A DNA stretch of 64,000 nucleotides from Candidatus Bathyarchaeia archaeon (GTDB lineage: Archaea; Thermoproteota; Bathyarchaeia; 40CM-2-53-6): the NCBI GenBank assembly GCA_049513715.1, contig JBEKVV010000003.1:464359-528358 (forward strand), in the 5' to 3' direction. The translations under genes and the position numbers were made by a program. Under the pieces are notes generated by a model that was not told the DNA's origin, did no database searches, and saw nothing but the letters and a program-made list of their open reading frames with translations. This document shows positions 1-9,625 of the stretch, piece by piece; position 1 is the first letter of the stretch; every line of letters starts with the position of its first letter.

Positions 1-1762
1 CCGTTCCATCTAGAAGGTGGTAGTACTCGGAACCACCCAATTCTCGTTTGGTTTTCCCTACCGCGAATATTGCTTCTTCATCTTGCTTGAAACCCAATTT
101 CGTGATATGTTCGGGTTTCTCAACCAATCCGAGAACGCTGATGACAGGCGAAGATTTTATCGCCTTTTTGGTCACCTCGTCTTGGTTGTAGAAGCTTACT
201 TTACCACCGACGCAGGGCAAAGAGAGAACATTCGCGAAGTCCGCTATACCTTTCACCGTCATTGAGAAGGCCCCGAAGATCCTCTCGTCGTTCGGATCGC
301 CGAACTGACAATGGTCGAGAAAGGCGATTGGTTCCGCGCCAACGGCAACGATGTTGCGACATGCCTCCGCAAGTACACTCGCACCGCCGACGTAAGGGTC
401 CATATCACAAAACCGTGCGTTACCGTCAACTTTGACCGCGGCGAACTTCCCGTTAGGCAATCTTAGCACAGCTGCATCAGATTCACCAGGTTTGGCAATT
501 GTTCTAATTCCTACCTCATGGTCGTATTGGCTGTAGACCCATTCTTTGCTTGCGATTGTCGGAGAACTCAGGAGGTTCAGAAAGAGCGCTTCGATTCCTT
601 GGGAAGGACAAGGCTCAGACCCCTGATTGAAAAAGTGTGGTGGCTTGCCAATCCTGTGGATGATGGGCGCATTCGCGAGAAAACGAGTTGGAAGGTCGGC
701 AATCACTGTGCCGTAACGAACAATCGACACTTTCCCAGTTGATGTGACCGCTGCGATGCGGGCGAAGGACACACCGTATTTTCTCATAATGCCCAGCAGT
801 GTTGGTTCATGCCCTTCCTTCACCACGAGTAGCATCCTCTCTTGAGATTCCGAGATCATGATTTCAATCGAGTTCATGTCTGATTCGCGAATCGGAATTT
901 CCTCTAAGTAAACCTCTAGGCCAGTGCCGCCTTTGTCGGCTATTTCCGAAAGTCCCGTTGCCAGTCCGCCTCCGCCCAGGTCTTTGCAGCCTCGTAGAAT
1001 TCCGGCTCTGCTTGCTTCCAGCGTTGCTTCAATGATCAATTTCTTGGTGAAAGGATCAGGTATCTGTACCGCCGACCTTTCTTCTTCAGAATTCGCGGCG
1101 AGTGTTCTTGACGCGAAAGTTGCTCCGTGAATTCCGTCGCGTCCTGTGGACCCGCCTATTAGGTAGACACTGTCCGCCGGGTGTGTCGCCTCTGCGAGCA
1201 GCAGCTCTTCCTTCCTGCCCAAGCCTAGGCACGCAACGTCAACGAGGCAGTTCCTCTCGAAGCATTCGTCGAATTCAATCTCCCCCGCTACCGTTGGGAC
1301 GCCGATGCAGTTGCCGTAGTCAGCGATTCCCCTTACCACGTTCTTCATTATCCATTTGGAGTGATCGCTCTTTGTAATGTCGCCGAACTTTAGGGAATCG
1401 AGTAGAGCGATTGGAATACTTCCCATGCAGAGGATGTCGCGGACGACGCCTCCTATTCCTGTTGCAGCTCCGCCGTAAGGTTCGATGGCGCTAGGATGGT
1501 TGTGGCTTTCAATATGAAACGTCAGAACATAGCCGTCTCCAATGTCGACAACGCCGGAATCATAGCCAGGGCCGACTAGGACGCGCGGCCCGGTTGTCGG
1601 AAGCTGTGTTAGCAGGGGTTTGGAGGATTTGTAGCTGCAATGCTCGCTCCATTCTGCGTCAATCAATGCCCACTCGAGTGCATTGGGTTCTCTTCCAAGT
1701 TGTTTGCGAGCGTACTGAATTTCATCGGGGGTGAGTGTGGTTTCGATTTCTCCAACTAGCAT
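1..1762 (-). CDS. purL: Phosphoribosylformylglycinamidine synthase subunit PurL (runs off the window edge; missing from ORF track)
   Basis: Manual translation from ATG at 1762: MLVGEIETTLTPDE...WSEHCSYKS...ESHNHPSAIEPYGGAATGIGG; ATG overlaps the purQ stop. Confidence 0.95.
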   Translation of the reverse strand, partial: MLVGEIETTLTPDEIQYARKQLGREPNALEWALIDAEWSEHCSYKSSKPLLTQLPTTGPRVLVGPGYDSGVVDIGDGYVLTFHIESHNHPSAIEPYGGAATGIGGVVRDILCMGSIPIALLDSLKFGDITKSDHSKWIMKNVVRGIADYGNCIGVPTVAGEIEFDECFERNCLVDVACLGLGRKEELLLAEATHPADSVYLIGGSTGRDGIHGATFASRTLAANSEEERSAVQIPDPFTKKLIIEATLEASRAGILRGCKDLGGGGLATGLSEIADKGGTGLEVYLEEIPIRESDMNSIEIMISESQERMLLVVKEGHEPTLLGIMRKYGVSFARIAAVTSTGKVSIVRYGTVIADLPTRFLANAPIIHRIGKPPHFFNQGSEPCPSQGIEALFLNLLSSPTIASKEWVYSQYDHEVGIRTIAKPGESDAAVLRLPNGKFAAVKVDGNARFCDMDPYVGGASVLAEACRNIVAVGAEPIAFLDHCQFGDPNDERIFGAFSMTVKGIADFANVLSLPCVGGKVSFYNQDEVTKKAIKSSPVISVLGLVEKPEHITKLGFKQDEEAIFAVGKTKRELGGSEYYHLLDGT

Positions 1763-2424
1763 TTGGCCCACTCAACCATCGACTCAAACACCTTTAGTCC
1801 ATCTGTCCCACCTAGTGCGGAATCGCTGGCCCTCTCCGGGTGGGGCATCATGCCTACAACATTCCCTTTCTCGTTCGAGACGCCGACGATGCCTCGTGCG
1901 GTTCCAGTTGGATTTTCCTCATCATACTTCATTACGATTTGACCGGCTGCCGATAGGGCATCGAGAAGTTCGTCATCAGCGAAATATCGGCCTTCGTTGT
2001 GGGCAATCGGCATCCTGATTTTCGTATCTTTCTTGAAAGTGCACGTGAACGCCGAATTATTGGCTTCCACTTTCAGGGCTGTCCATTTGCATACAAACTT
2101 GAGGCCAGCGTTACGCAGCAAGGCTCCGGGTAGAAGGCCGGCTTCAATCAGAATCTGGAACCCATTACATATTCCTAGAACAGGTTTGCCGTCACTAGCC
2201 ATTTGAATGACGGCTTTCGTTGCTGGTGAATGTGCTGCGATGATTCCGGCCCTGAGGTGGTCGCCGAAACTGAACCCTCCGGGGAGAATCACAGCGTCGT
2301 AGGAGCCGTCTTTGAAATCATTGTGCCAGACTAGGTTGGCATCAATTCGCAGTGACTCTTTGAGAACGTGTACAGTGTCTCGGTCACAGTTACTGCCAGG
2401 GAACTCAATTACAGCGACGCGCAT
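1756..2424 (-). CDS. purQ: FGAM synthase glutaminase subunit PurQ
   Basis: FPGSNCD, PGGFSFGD, GICNGFQ, MMPHPER motifs. Confidence 0.97.
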   Translation of the reverse strand: MRVAVIEFPGSNCDRDTVHVLKESLRIDANLVWHNDFKDGSYDAVILPGGFSFGDHLRAGIIAAHSPATKAVIQMASDGKPVLGICNGFQILIEAGLLPGALLRNAGLKFVCKWTALKVEANNSAFTCTFKKDTKIRMPIAHNEGRYFADDELLDALSAAGQIVMKYDEENPTGTARGIVGVSNEKGNVVGMMPHPERASDSALGGTDGLKVFESMVEWAKC

Positions 2425-2426
2425 GT

Positions 2427-2687
2427 TTATGGTCTAACTCTGACCGTGATCGAATGCGCGACGGGGTTGTAGATTCTCAGGTCATTGCACATAGAGACTG
2501 CCGTGTTTCGAGCGTCGTCTGGGTCCGCAGCCTCAATTTTCAAAGAGAGCAACTTTCCAGTGCGGACTTCCTTGACGGCCTGCAGCCCACTTTTGTGAAT
2601 CAAATCTCGGATTATCGTCTCTCCTTCGGGATCGCGGGCCTGCGGTTTGTTGGATATGACTACTTCAACCGTGAACAACGGGTTCAC
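2427..2687 (-). CDS. purS: FGAM synthase subunit PurS
   Basis: DPEG..I and NPV motifs; GTG start at 2687 with GGAGGA RBS; lies between purC and purQ. Confidence 0.9.
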   Translation of the reverse strand: MNPLFTVEVVISNKPQARDPEGETIIRDLIHKSGLQAVKEVRTGKLLSLKIEAADPDDARNTAVSMCNDLRIYNPVAHSITVRVRP

Positions 2688-3393
2688 CGCATATCCTCCT
2701 GTAGGGTTCCGCATAGCCCAACTCGAAGACGTGTGGAAGGTCTTTGCGAAATCTGTCCTTGTCTAGAATCTCCTTCGTCTCCTTATCCCAGAGCCGCCAA
2801 GAATCAGGGCTCAGTTCGTCGCCGACAACAAGCTTGCCCTTCTCATCGCGGCCGAATTCCAATTTGAAATCAACTAGAATAGCTCCGCGCTCATCGAAGA
2901 ACTTCTCAAGAATAGCTGCCGCCTTGAGCGTGTTGTGCTTGATCACTTCAATTTCGTTATCGTTCGCTAGTTTGAAAAGCTTCAGGTGTTGATCAGTGAG
3001 CATTGGGTCGTGAAGAGTATCATCTTTCAGGTAAAATTCGACTAGTGGAAAAGTGAGTCTATCGCCGTTCTGGAAGTGTTTCCCAATTCCTATAAAGTGA
3101 CCTGCGGCTCGAAGTCTGCAAACAACTTCAACTGGAATCATTTCGAGCTTCTTGACGAGGAGCCGGGTTCCGTCAATTTGTCTAATGAACTGGTTTGGAA
3201 TTCCTCGCTCGTTCAGAATCCCGTACAGTTTGGCGGTGATTGTGGCGTTGACTCTTCCCTTCCCGCTGAGAATTTCATGTTTCTTCCCGTCACCCGCTGT
3301 AATATCGTCGCGGAAGATCAGGACGACTTGCCCCGGATCATCAGTAGGAGTTACGGTCTTGGTCTTTCCACTGGACAGCACAGAAATTGACAT
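2665..3393 (-). CDS. purC: SAICAR synthetase
   Basis: GKTK, FRDDITAGDG, IPVEVVCR, LVDFKLEFG, DELSPDSWRLWD, DKDRFR. Confidence 0.96.
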   Translation of the reverse strand: MSISVLSSGKTKTVTPTDDPGQVVLIFRDDITAGDGKKHEILSGKGRVNATITAKLYGILNERGIPNQFIRQIDGTRLLVKKLEMIPVEVVCRLRAAGHFIGIGKHFQNGDRLTFPLVEFYLKDDTLHDPMLTDQHLKLFKLANDNEIEVIKHNTLKAAAILEKFFDERGAILVDFKLEFGRDEKGKLVVGDELSPDSWRLWDKETKEILDKDRFRKDLPHVFELGYAEPYRRICGEPVVHG

Positions 3394-3601
3394 GTTTCGC
3401 TAATTCGCAGATTACTGTAAAAATCGTTTTTAACACGTTCATGCACAATTCTTTGCGTCCGTTCTGCTCTGAGTTTTCGATGCCGATTGACATTGCATCA
3501 CCCGTGTCAATGACTTCCAGTCGGTTTTGCGTCAGTTTTTGTCGCCCTCATTTCAAGAGTTGGCAGTGAAAACTGGTCTAGGACAGTGCAGCAACCCTGA
3601 A

Positions 3602-5209
3602 TTAGTGTTGGAAGTGTCGAATGCCTGTGAACAGCATCGCCATTGAGAAGTCATCTGCTGCTTGAATTACTTCTCCGTCGCGCATGGAGCCGCCTGGTTG
3701 AATCACGGCGGTTACGCCAACCTTTCCCATCAGGTCTATTGAATCTCTGAAGGGAAAGAAAGCATCGGATGCCAAAACTGACCCCTTGACGTTCAAGCCT
3801 GCATCTTGCGCTTTCATCAATGCTATTTTGCATGAATCGACCCGGCTCATCTGGCCAGCCCCAACGCCGACGAGCTGCTCCTTCGTGCAGAGGACTATTG
3901 CATTTGACTTGACGTTTTTCACGATGCGCCAAGCGAACAACAACGCGTCGTGCTCGTCATGTGACGGTGCGCGCTTTGTGACGACCTTTAATTTCTCCTC
4001 ATCAAGCAGCAATTCATCGCTGTCTTGGTAGAGTATGCCTCCATGGATTCTTCTGAAATTCTTGGTGCGTGTGGAGCTTTTGTTAGAGGTCAGGAGCCTT
4101 GACAAATCCAGAATTCGCCTGTTTTTCTTCGTGGCTAGGAGTCTCAATGCTTCCGGTTCGTATCCGGGCGCTAGGATCAATTCCACGAATTTGCCTTCAA
4201 GTAACCTGGCAGTTTCTATGTCGACTTGCTTTGTGAATGCGTAGACTCCGCCGAACGCCGAAACCGGGTCAGTTTGAAGGGCTCTTCGGCATGATTCTAC
4301 GAGTGTTTCGGCCTTGCCCACGCCGCACGGGTTTGTGTGTTTGATAATGATGGTGGCGCACTCTCCGCTAAATTCCCTTGTTAACCTGTAGCCTGCGTCG
4401 GCGTCCAAGATGTTCGTGTAACTCAATTCTTTCTCGCCGGCAACTTGTTTCGCTGTTGCGATGCAACTGTTTGTCTGTGCGTCTCTGTAGACTGCCGCCT
4501 TTTGGTGCGGGTTCTCGCCGTACCTCAAGTCCTTCAGTTTCTCAAAGCTCATGAGAAGCTTTGCGGGCCCCGGCCATTCACCGCGAATATTCTCAGTTGA
4601 GGCGAGTTTCTGGAAAAACATTGAGATCGCAACGTCGTATGAGGCCGTACGTTCAAAGGCTTTGAGCATCAGCTCAAGTCGTGTTCTCTCAGAAAGTTGG
4701 CTGCTAGAATTTCTCAACTCGTTGAGGACTCGCGTATAGTCTCCAGGGTCGGTAATCACCGCTACGCTCTGGTAGTTTTTTGCTGCAGCCCGTATCATCG
4801 TTGGGCCGCCTATGTCTATGTTCTCTATTGCGTTGGGCAGATCTTCAGATTGTGAGATGGCTTTTTCGAAGGGGTAAAGGTTCACGACGACCATGTCGAT
4901 AGGGTTGATGCCCATTTTCTGAATCGTCTCCCTGTCGCTTTTGCTGTTTCTTCTGAATAGCAAACCAGCGTGAATTTTGGGATGGAGGCTCTTCACGCGC
5001 CCGTCCAAAATCTCTGGAAATCCAGTGTAGTCAGCGATTTCGCGCGCTTTGATTCCGTTCTCGTTTAGGAGCCTAGCCGTTCCGCCCGTTGAGATCAAAT
5101 CAACTTTGAGATCCTGAAGGCCTTTCGAGAATTCTACTATGCCTGTTTTGTCGTGTACGCTTAGGAGAGCCGTCTTTACAGGAGAATCCGACATGCCAGA
5201 CCTATGCAT
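3602..5209 (-). CDS. purH: Bifunctional AICAR transformylase/IMP cyclohydrolase
   Basis: ALLSVHDKTG, STGGT, GRVKSLHP, IDIGGPTMIRAAAKN, LRYGENPHQ, SDAFFPF, QPGGS. Confidence 0.97.
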   Translation of the reverse strand: MHRSGMSDSPVKTALLSVHDKTGIVEFSKGLQDLKVDLISTGGTARLLNENGIKAREIADYTGFPEILDGRVKSLHPKIHAGLLFRRNSKSDRETIQKMGINPIDMVVVNLYPFEKAISQSEDLPNAIENIDIGGPTMIRAAAKNYQSVAVITDPGDYTRVLNELRNSSSQLSERTRLELMLKAFERTASYDVAISMFFQKLASTENIRGEWPGPAKLLMSFEKLKDLRYGENPHQKAAVYRDAQTNSCIATAKQVAGEKELSYTNILDADAGYRLTREFSGECATIIIKHTNPCGVGKAETLVESCRRALQTDPVSAFGGVYAFTKQVDIETARLLEGKFVELILAPGYEPEALRLLATKKNRRILDLSRLLTSNKSSTRTKNFRRIHGGILYQDSDELLLDEEKLKVVTKRAPSHDEHDALLFAWRIVKNVKSNAIVLCTKEQLVGVGAGQMSRVDSCKIALMKAQDAGLNVKGSVLASDAFFPFRDSIDLMGKVGVTAVIQPGGSMRDGEVIQAADDFSMAMLFTGIRHFQH

Positions 5210-5326
5210 CGATGGGGCCTTTGAAGCTTAGCATTTGCTTTCGCGCAAATTGGCGGCTCACACAAAGGAGTGGGCGTCAAAGAAAAAACAAAACAGAGAT
5301 GGAGACTGTCGCGGAACCTCTCACAC

Positions 5327-5422
5327 TTACTTTCCGTGTGCAGATTTCGCATGCGCCTGCAATTCTTGCTCTGTCTTGAAGAACATCTTGCAGGCTGGGC
5401 AAACGTATGTTCCTGTAGACAA
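5327..5422 (-). CDS. 31-aa single C2H2 zinc-finger microprotein (not in ORF track)
   Basis: TTG start; MSTGTYVCPACKMFFKTEQELQAHAKSAHGK* matches Y-x-C-x2-C-x3-F-x5-L-x2-H-x4-H exactly. Confidence 0.8.
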   Translation of the reverse strand: MSTGTYVCPACKMFFKTEQELQAHAKSAHGK

Positions 5423-5518
5423 ACTATTTCACTACAACAAGATTAACCGACGACCTATTTGAGTTGATTCCTGTTAGGTTGCAGTTGCCGTTTCGACTAA
5501 GGTTCTTGAGGGCAAAAT

Positions 5519-5770
5519 TCAAACCGGAACTGAGCGACTATGAGTCATGATATGGAAACCGCCGTTTACGGAGTCCGCTGACGTGTCGGCAGTCATTCCG
5601 TAAAGTAGCAACAGGGCACCCAACAGCATCAATGGAACGGCGAAGAGTAAGTTGGGGTAGATCACAACCTGTCTAGGTGGGTCTTGCAGAGTCTTAACCA
5701 GCGGCATGGGTGAGGCGACCAGAGCAATCGCTAAGACAATGAAACCTAGGACTGCCCCGAGTTTGTTCAA
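5519..5770 (-). CDS. Small membrane protein (2 TM), hypothetical
   Basis: Two hydrophobic segments; GAGG upstream. Confidence 0.6.
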   Translation of the reverse strand: MNKLGAVLGFIVLAIALVASPMPLVKTLQDPPRQVVIYPNLLFAVPLMLLGALLLLYGMTADTSADSVNGGFHIMTHSRSVPV

Positions 5771-6120
5771 TTAGCCTTGTACCTCATGGTGTTGGTATGA
5801 TTGACCACTTTGGGGTGCTGGATAATCTTTAGGGTTTCTGCAATTCGCATCCCCGTTGCCGGTCAAATGAATGGTTCCCGGTTTTCTGAGCCATGCTACC
5901 AAGCAGATTGGTATAGAGTGATAAGTTGCAAAACCAAATGCTCAGAAATAATCGCTTTTGCAACCTTCTGTGCCCCGGTTGACTGGTTTTGCAGCAAGAC
6001 CCTCGATAATTGGGCGTTAGGGGGCATGAACATCTTCTACGCTTCGATTATTGATTGGAGCTGTTTCAGTTGACTTTAATTCAAAGCCCCTTAGGAGGGC
6101 GCCTTTAGAGGCTTTCCGAG

Positions 6121-6381
6121 ATGGGCGCATACGTGGAAGGTTTTGCCTTCAACGATTTCTGCCAGCGCTGCCAGAGGGTCATGGAACATAAAATTGAGTT
6201 TGAAAGCAAGGCGCTTTCAGGTGTCTGTGGCTCATGTGGAGAAAAGCGCCCGATGACTGGAGCGAACCAGGTCTATTACCCGAAAACCGACCTATGGGTA
6301 ACCCGTTTCAAAATCGGCAGCATACAGAACGTCGTCTCAGGGAAACTCCTCGAAGCCCTCAAGCATTCGAGGAAAAACTAG
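6121..6381 (+). CDS. Zinc-ribbon protein, hypothetical
   Basis: CQRC...CGSCG pairs. Confidence 0.65.
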   Translation: MGAYVEGFAFNDFCQRCQRVMEHKIEFESKALSGVCGSCGEKRPMTGANQVYYPKTDLWVTRFKIGSIQNVVSGKLLEALKHSRKN

Positions 6382-6766
6382 AAGTCCAAGTTGCATGCTG
6401 GTGATTGAGTCACTTCATGCATGACTGAACTCATTCACTGTCCAGAAATCCATACCTGAAATCGAACTTCTGTCGAGAGACACCATACACAATTTCCGTC
6501 AAACCGCGCGCCATGAGCCGATTTCTTTCCATCGTCCGATAGAGAATTTGCCGCGAAAAATCGCGCGACGAAAAACGTGCATTGGGATTCGTTGTAACAT
6601 TCTGGAGTTGTTTGGGAATGCGAACCGATTTCTGTGAACTCGCGGAAGATTTTGGTGAAGAAATTTTTCGCGCGAAGCGCGAACGCAATGGGGCAACGCT
6701 TATATGCGATTTATTTAAGGTTACACGAAAGTCGGGAATTTTACCGGAGGACCTTGAGTACAAAAA

Positions 6767-7180
6767 TTGAACTCTAGACCTTACGCTTACAGGCATGTCG
6801 TCGCAACGCTCCATGGATGCCGATCAGATCTCCTTGACGACCAACTTCTCCTCAACACAACAATCAAAGCGATTCACAACGCGAACATGAATCTAGCTAA
6901 AACCAAAACGACGAATCCTCTCGTCTACAAAGTTGGCGACGACATCATGGGTGGAGGAGTAAGCGTCAATGCCTTGATTACTACCAGCCACCTGACCGTG
7001 CACACATCAAGAATGTACCGCACGGTTGAATTCGACTGCGCCACCTGCGGCTGCGACAGTAACCCATGGGCAGCACTAGAAAGTTTCAAGAAAGCTCTGA
7101 AGTCGACACACGTCACAATGCAATACCAACACGACGAGGCGCAGAAATCCGTTCTCTCCGTTCCACCACTTAAAGCCTAA
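6767..7180 (+). CDS. Divergent S-adenosylmethionine decarboxylase (SpeH-like) family proenzyme
   Basis: H..ATLHGC, GGVS...LITT-SHLTVHT...D..TCG...P pattern; GGAGG RBS upstream. Confidence 0.7.
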   Translation: MNSRPYAYRHVVATLHGCRSDLLDDQLLLNTTIKAIHNANMNLAKTKTTNPLVYKVGDDIMGGGVSVNALITTSHLTVHTSRMYRTVEFDCATCGCDSNPWAALESFKKALKSTHVTMQYQHDEAQKSVLSVPPLKA

Positions 7181-7305
7181 CTGACCTTTTCTCGCCGCTC
7201 TCATATTGTGCACGGCCATTGTTACCTAGTCAGTGCCAACGCAGCATGCCTGAAGTGGTGACAGTCAATTAGAAAGATTAACTTTAGCCGTGAGCATGGC
7301 TGCGA

Positions 7306-7575
7306 TTGGCGACGGTTGAGAAAATGGCCCTACTGAGCGGCCTAGAGTTCTTATTCGCAGCTGCGATAGTAGGAATTCTACTCTTGGTGGGACTGAAGTC
7401 TCGCCGGGAAAGAAGTGGCTTCAACTTCCTACCCTACGTGATAATTGGAGCTTTGTTGCTCGCGATCCTGACTCTATCAGGAACGGTGTTTTCTTTGCTT
7501 AAACTCGTACTGGCTCTTGGAGCAATAGTGTTTGCTCTTATGGCATTTGCCGCCTATAGATCAGTCAAAAGCTAA
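7306..7575 (+). CDS. Small membrane protein, hypothetical
   Basis: Three hydrophobic helices. Confidence 0.6.
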   Translation: MATVEKMALLSGLEFLFAAAIVGILLLVGLKSRRERSGFNFLPYVIIGALLLAILTLSGTVFSLLKLVLALGAIVFALMAFAAYRSVKS

Positions 7576-7837
7576 GCGTCTTGGTACTCAAGAGCTATTG
7601 TTCTCTGCGTTCTTCTTCCTCTTCCCCTGCGCTGGCGAGCTTAAGTTTTCTAACTGATTTTGACCTCCTTGATGTTTAGCAACACCCGTCAAGAAATACA
7701 CCTCGTTTTGCGTTAATACGAACTTCTGAAATTCGACCAGGGATTTCGAGGCTAAACCATCAGAGTTGTCTTGAGATCTACCTGGAAAGTTTAATTCAGA
7801 GAATTTGCGGTAGCAGCAACTGGGCGGTGTACGAAAA

Positions 7838-8356
7838 ATGCACGACTCGACCAAGGTACGACATGAAATCTCAACGCTATATGACAAGGACCCACAGGGC
7901 TGGAAAGTCTTGGTCGGGAAGGACAGGGCGGGCTTTTTCGATGTGATGATTTCACACAAAGACGAAGGCTGGCAGATTAAAGAATACCAGGTGAACCCTT
8001 ACAAATTCGTTGGCCTCGGTTCAAGGCTTCCAAACACGCCCGCTCACTCAATCGCAATGGATAATCCCGGCTTCGGGCTTCGTCCTGTTGGCATTGACCA
8101 GATGAAGGAACTCGCAGGCCTCATTGATGACCCGAAATCAATGAATGACATTCTCATTAGACTCCTCCAAGAGAAACCAACCACATCCCGCGACATCGCT
8201 GAGAGTGCGGCCGTCCTCCAGGGTCCAATCCTGCAGTCCAGCAGTCCCTTGGAAGATCTTTCCACAGCTCACACAAAACTCGATCAGAGACTACGGAAGG
8301 AACTGCAAAGGATCGTTCGCAGAGATTTCAGACACACGGTAACCCCATACATCTAG
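7838..8356 (+). CDS. Hypothetical protein
   Basis: 172-aa ORF with normal composition; no recognised motif. Confidence 0.65.
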   Translation: MHDSTKVRHEISTLYDKDPQGWKVLVGKDRAGFFDVMISHKDEGWQIKEYQVNPYKFVGLGSRLPNTPAHSIAMDNPGFGLRPVGIDQMKELAGLIDDPKSMNDILIRLLQEKPTTSRDIAESAAVLQGPILQSSSPLEDLSTAHTKLDQRLRKELQRIVRRDFRHTVTPYI

Positions 8357-8425
8357 AAGATTCAATAGAGTCCTAGCGCGATTTCATCGCGAACGCAAGA
8401 ACGTCAGCTAAGTAGTGTCTCGACT

Positions 8426-9607
8426 TTGAAAATCAAAGAAATCGAAGTGTACCAGCTTGGGGAGCAAGCAACTGGCAGTGCAACATGGGCCGCCAATTGC
8501 ATTCTACTGAAACTCACCACATCTGATGGGGTGGTGGGTTACGGCGAGGCGGTTCCGACTTTGAGAGTTCAGCCTGTGATTCAATCACTGCGTGAAGTTG
8601 CGCGAGTCTACGTGGACAAGGATCCTCTTGAGGTAGAGAGGAACTGGCATGAGTGGCACAAACACGATTTTTACCTCCCCGTCTCCTTCGAGTCCACTAC
8701 GGCAGTCAGCGCCTTCGACATAGCGTGCTGGGACATTATCGGAAAACACTTCGGGGCACCAGTTCACCAATTGATTGGGGGAGCGTTTCGAAAGCAAGTT
8801 AGAGTGTACTCGAACGGGTGGTACAACGATTGCGTAACCCCCGACCAGTTTGCGGAGCGTGCAAAGCAGTTCGCTAGAATGGGCTACACAGGCCTGAAGT
8901 TTGATCCATTCGGTGATTACTACGATTACATCGACGAGAAAGGATTGAAGTTGGCGCATGAGAGAGTGAAAGCCGTCCGGGACGCGACCGGTGGCAAGGT
9001 AGAACTTCTAATTGAACATCACGGTAGGTTCAACCCAAACTCAGCCATCATGATCGCGAAACGGCTTCGAGAGTTCGACCCCCTTTTCATGGAGGAACCT
9101 GTTCACCCTGAAAACCTTGAGGGTCTACGAAAGTACAGAGCTGCGACAGACGTCCGGGTGGCGCTTGGCGAAAGAATTCTTACTAAGGAACAAGTTGTGA
9201 ATGTTCTTTCCAACAACCTGACAGATTTTCTGCAACCCGACATAACCAACATCGGGGGGGTAACGCAGGCGCGCAAAGTTGCCGCAATCGCAGAGGCGTA
9301 CGGAGTCGAGATCGCCTTCCACAATGCTTTCGGCCCCATTCAAAACGCTGTAACTATCCAAGTCGACGCCTCGATTCCAAACTTCCTCATCCAAGAATCA
9401 TTCTACGACGTATTCCCATCTTGGAAACGCCAGCTCGTGAAGGACGGCTCGAGAATTGAAAACGGCTACGCCACCGTCCCAACCAAGCCTGGGCTAGGTG
9501 TGGAAGTGGATGAGAAACTGTTGGAAGAACACAAGGCTGAGGGTCAGGAGTACTTCAATCCCGACGAGCCAGTTTGGGTGGTTAAGAATACTTGGAAGAC
9601 GCCGTAA
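8426..9607 (+). CDS. gad: Gluconate/galactonate dehydratase (enolase superfamily, mandelate racemase subgroup), archaeal Gad-like
   Basis: GYGEAVPTLR, YSNGWY, KFDPFG, IEHHGRF, FMEEP, GER, AFHNAFGP; adjacent to glucose dehydrogenase. Confidence 0.85.
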   Translation: MKIKEIEVYQLGEQATGSATWAANCILLKLTTSDGVVGYGEAVPTLRVQPVIQSLREVARVYVDKDPLEVERNWHEWHKHDFYLPVSFESTTAVSAFDIACWDIIGKHFGAPVHQLIGGAFRKQVRVYSNGWYNDCVTPDQFAERAKQFARMGYTGLKFDPFGDYYDYIDEKGLKLAHERVKAVRDATGGKVELLIEHHGRFNPNSAIMIAKRLREFDPLFMEEPVHPENLEGLRKYRAATDVRVALGERILTKEQVVNVLSNNLTDFLQPDITNIGGVTQARKVAAIAEAYGVEIAFHNAFGPIQNAVTIQVDASIPNFLIQESFYDVFPSWKRQLVKDGSRIENGYATVPTKPGLGVEVDEKLLEEHKAEGQEYFNPDEPVWVVKNTWKTP

Positions 9608-9625
9608 GAGACATGGCCCCATGTT

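Noticed and set aside
17..1377. Short plus-strand ORFs in the track
   Set aside because: Antisense shadows of purL; the same applies to most short ORFs opposite the long genes in this window.
6431..6814. Overlapping ORFs of 62-127 aa on both strands
   Set aside because: No motifs and mutually overlapping; none could be supported as a gene.
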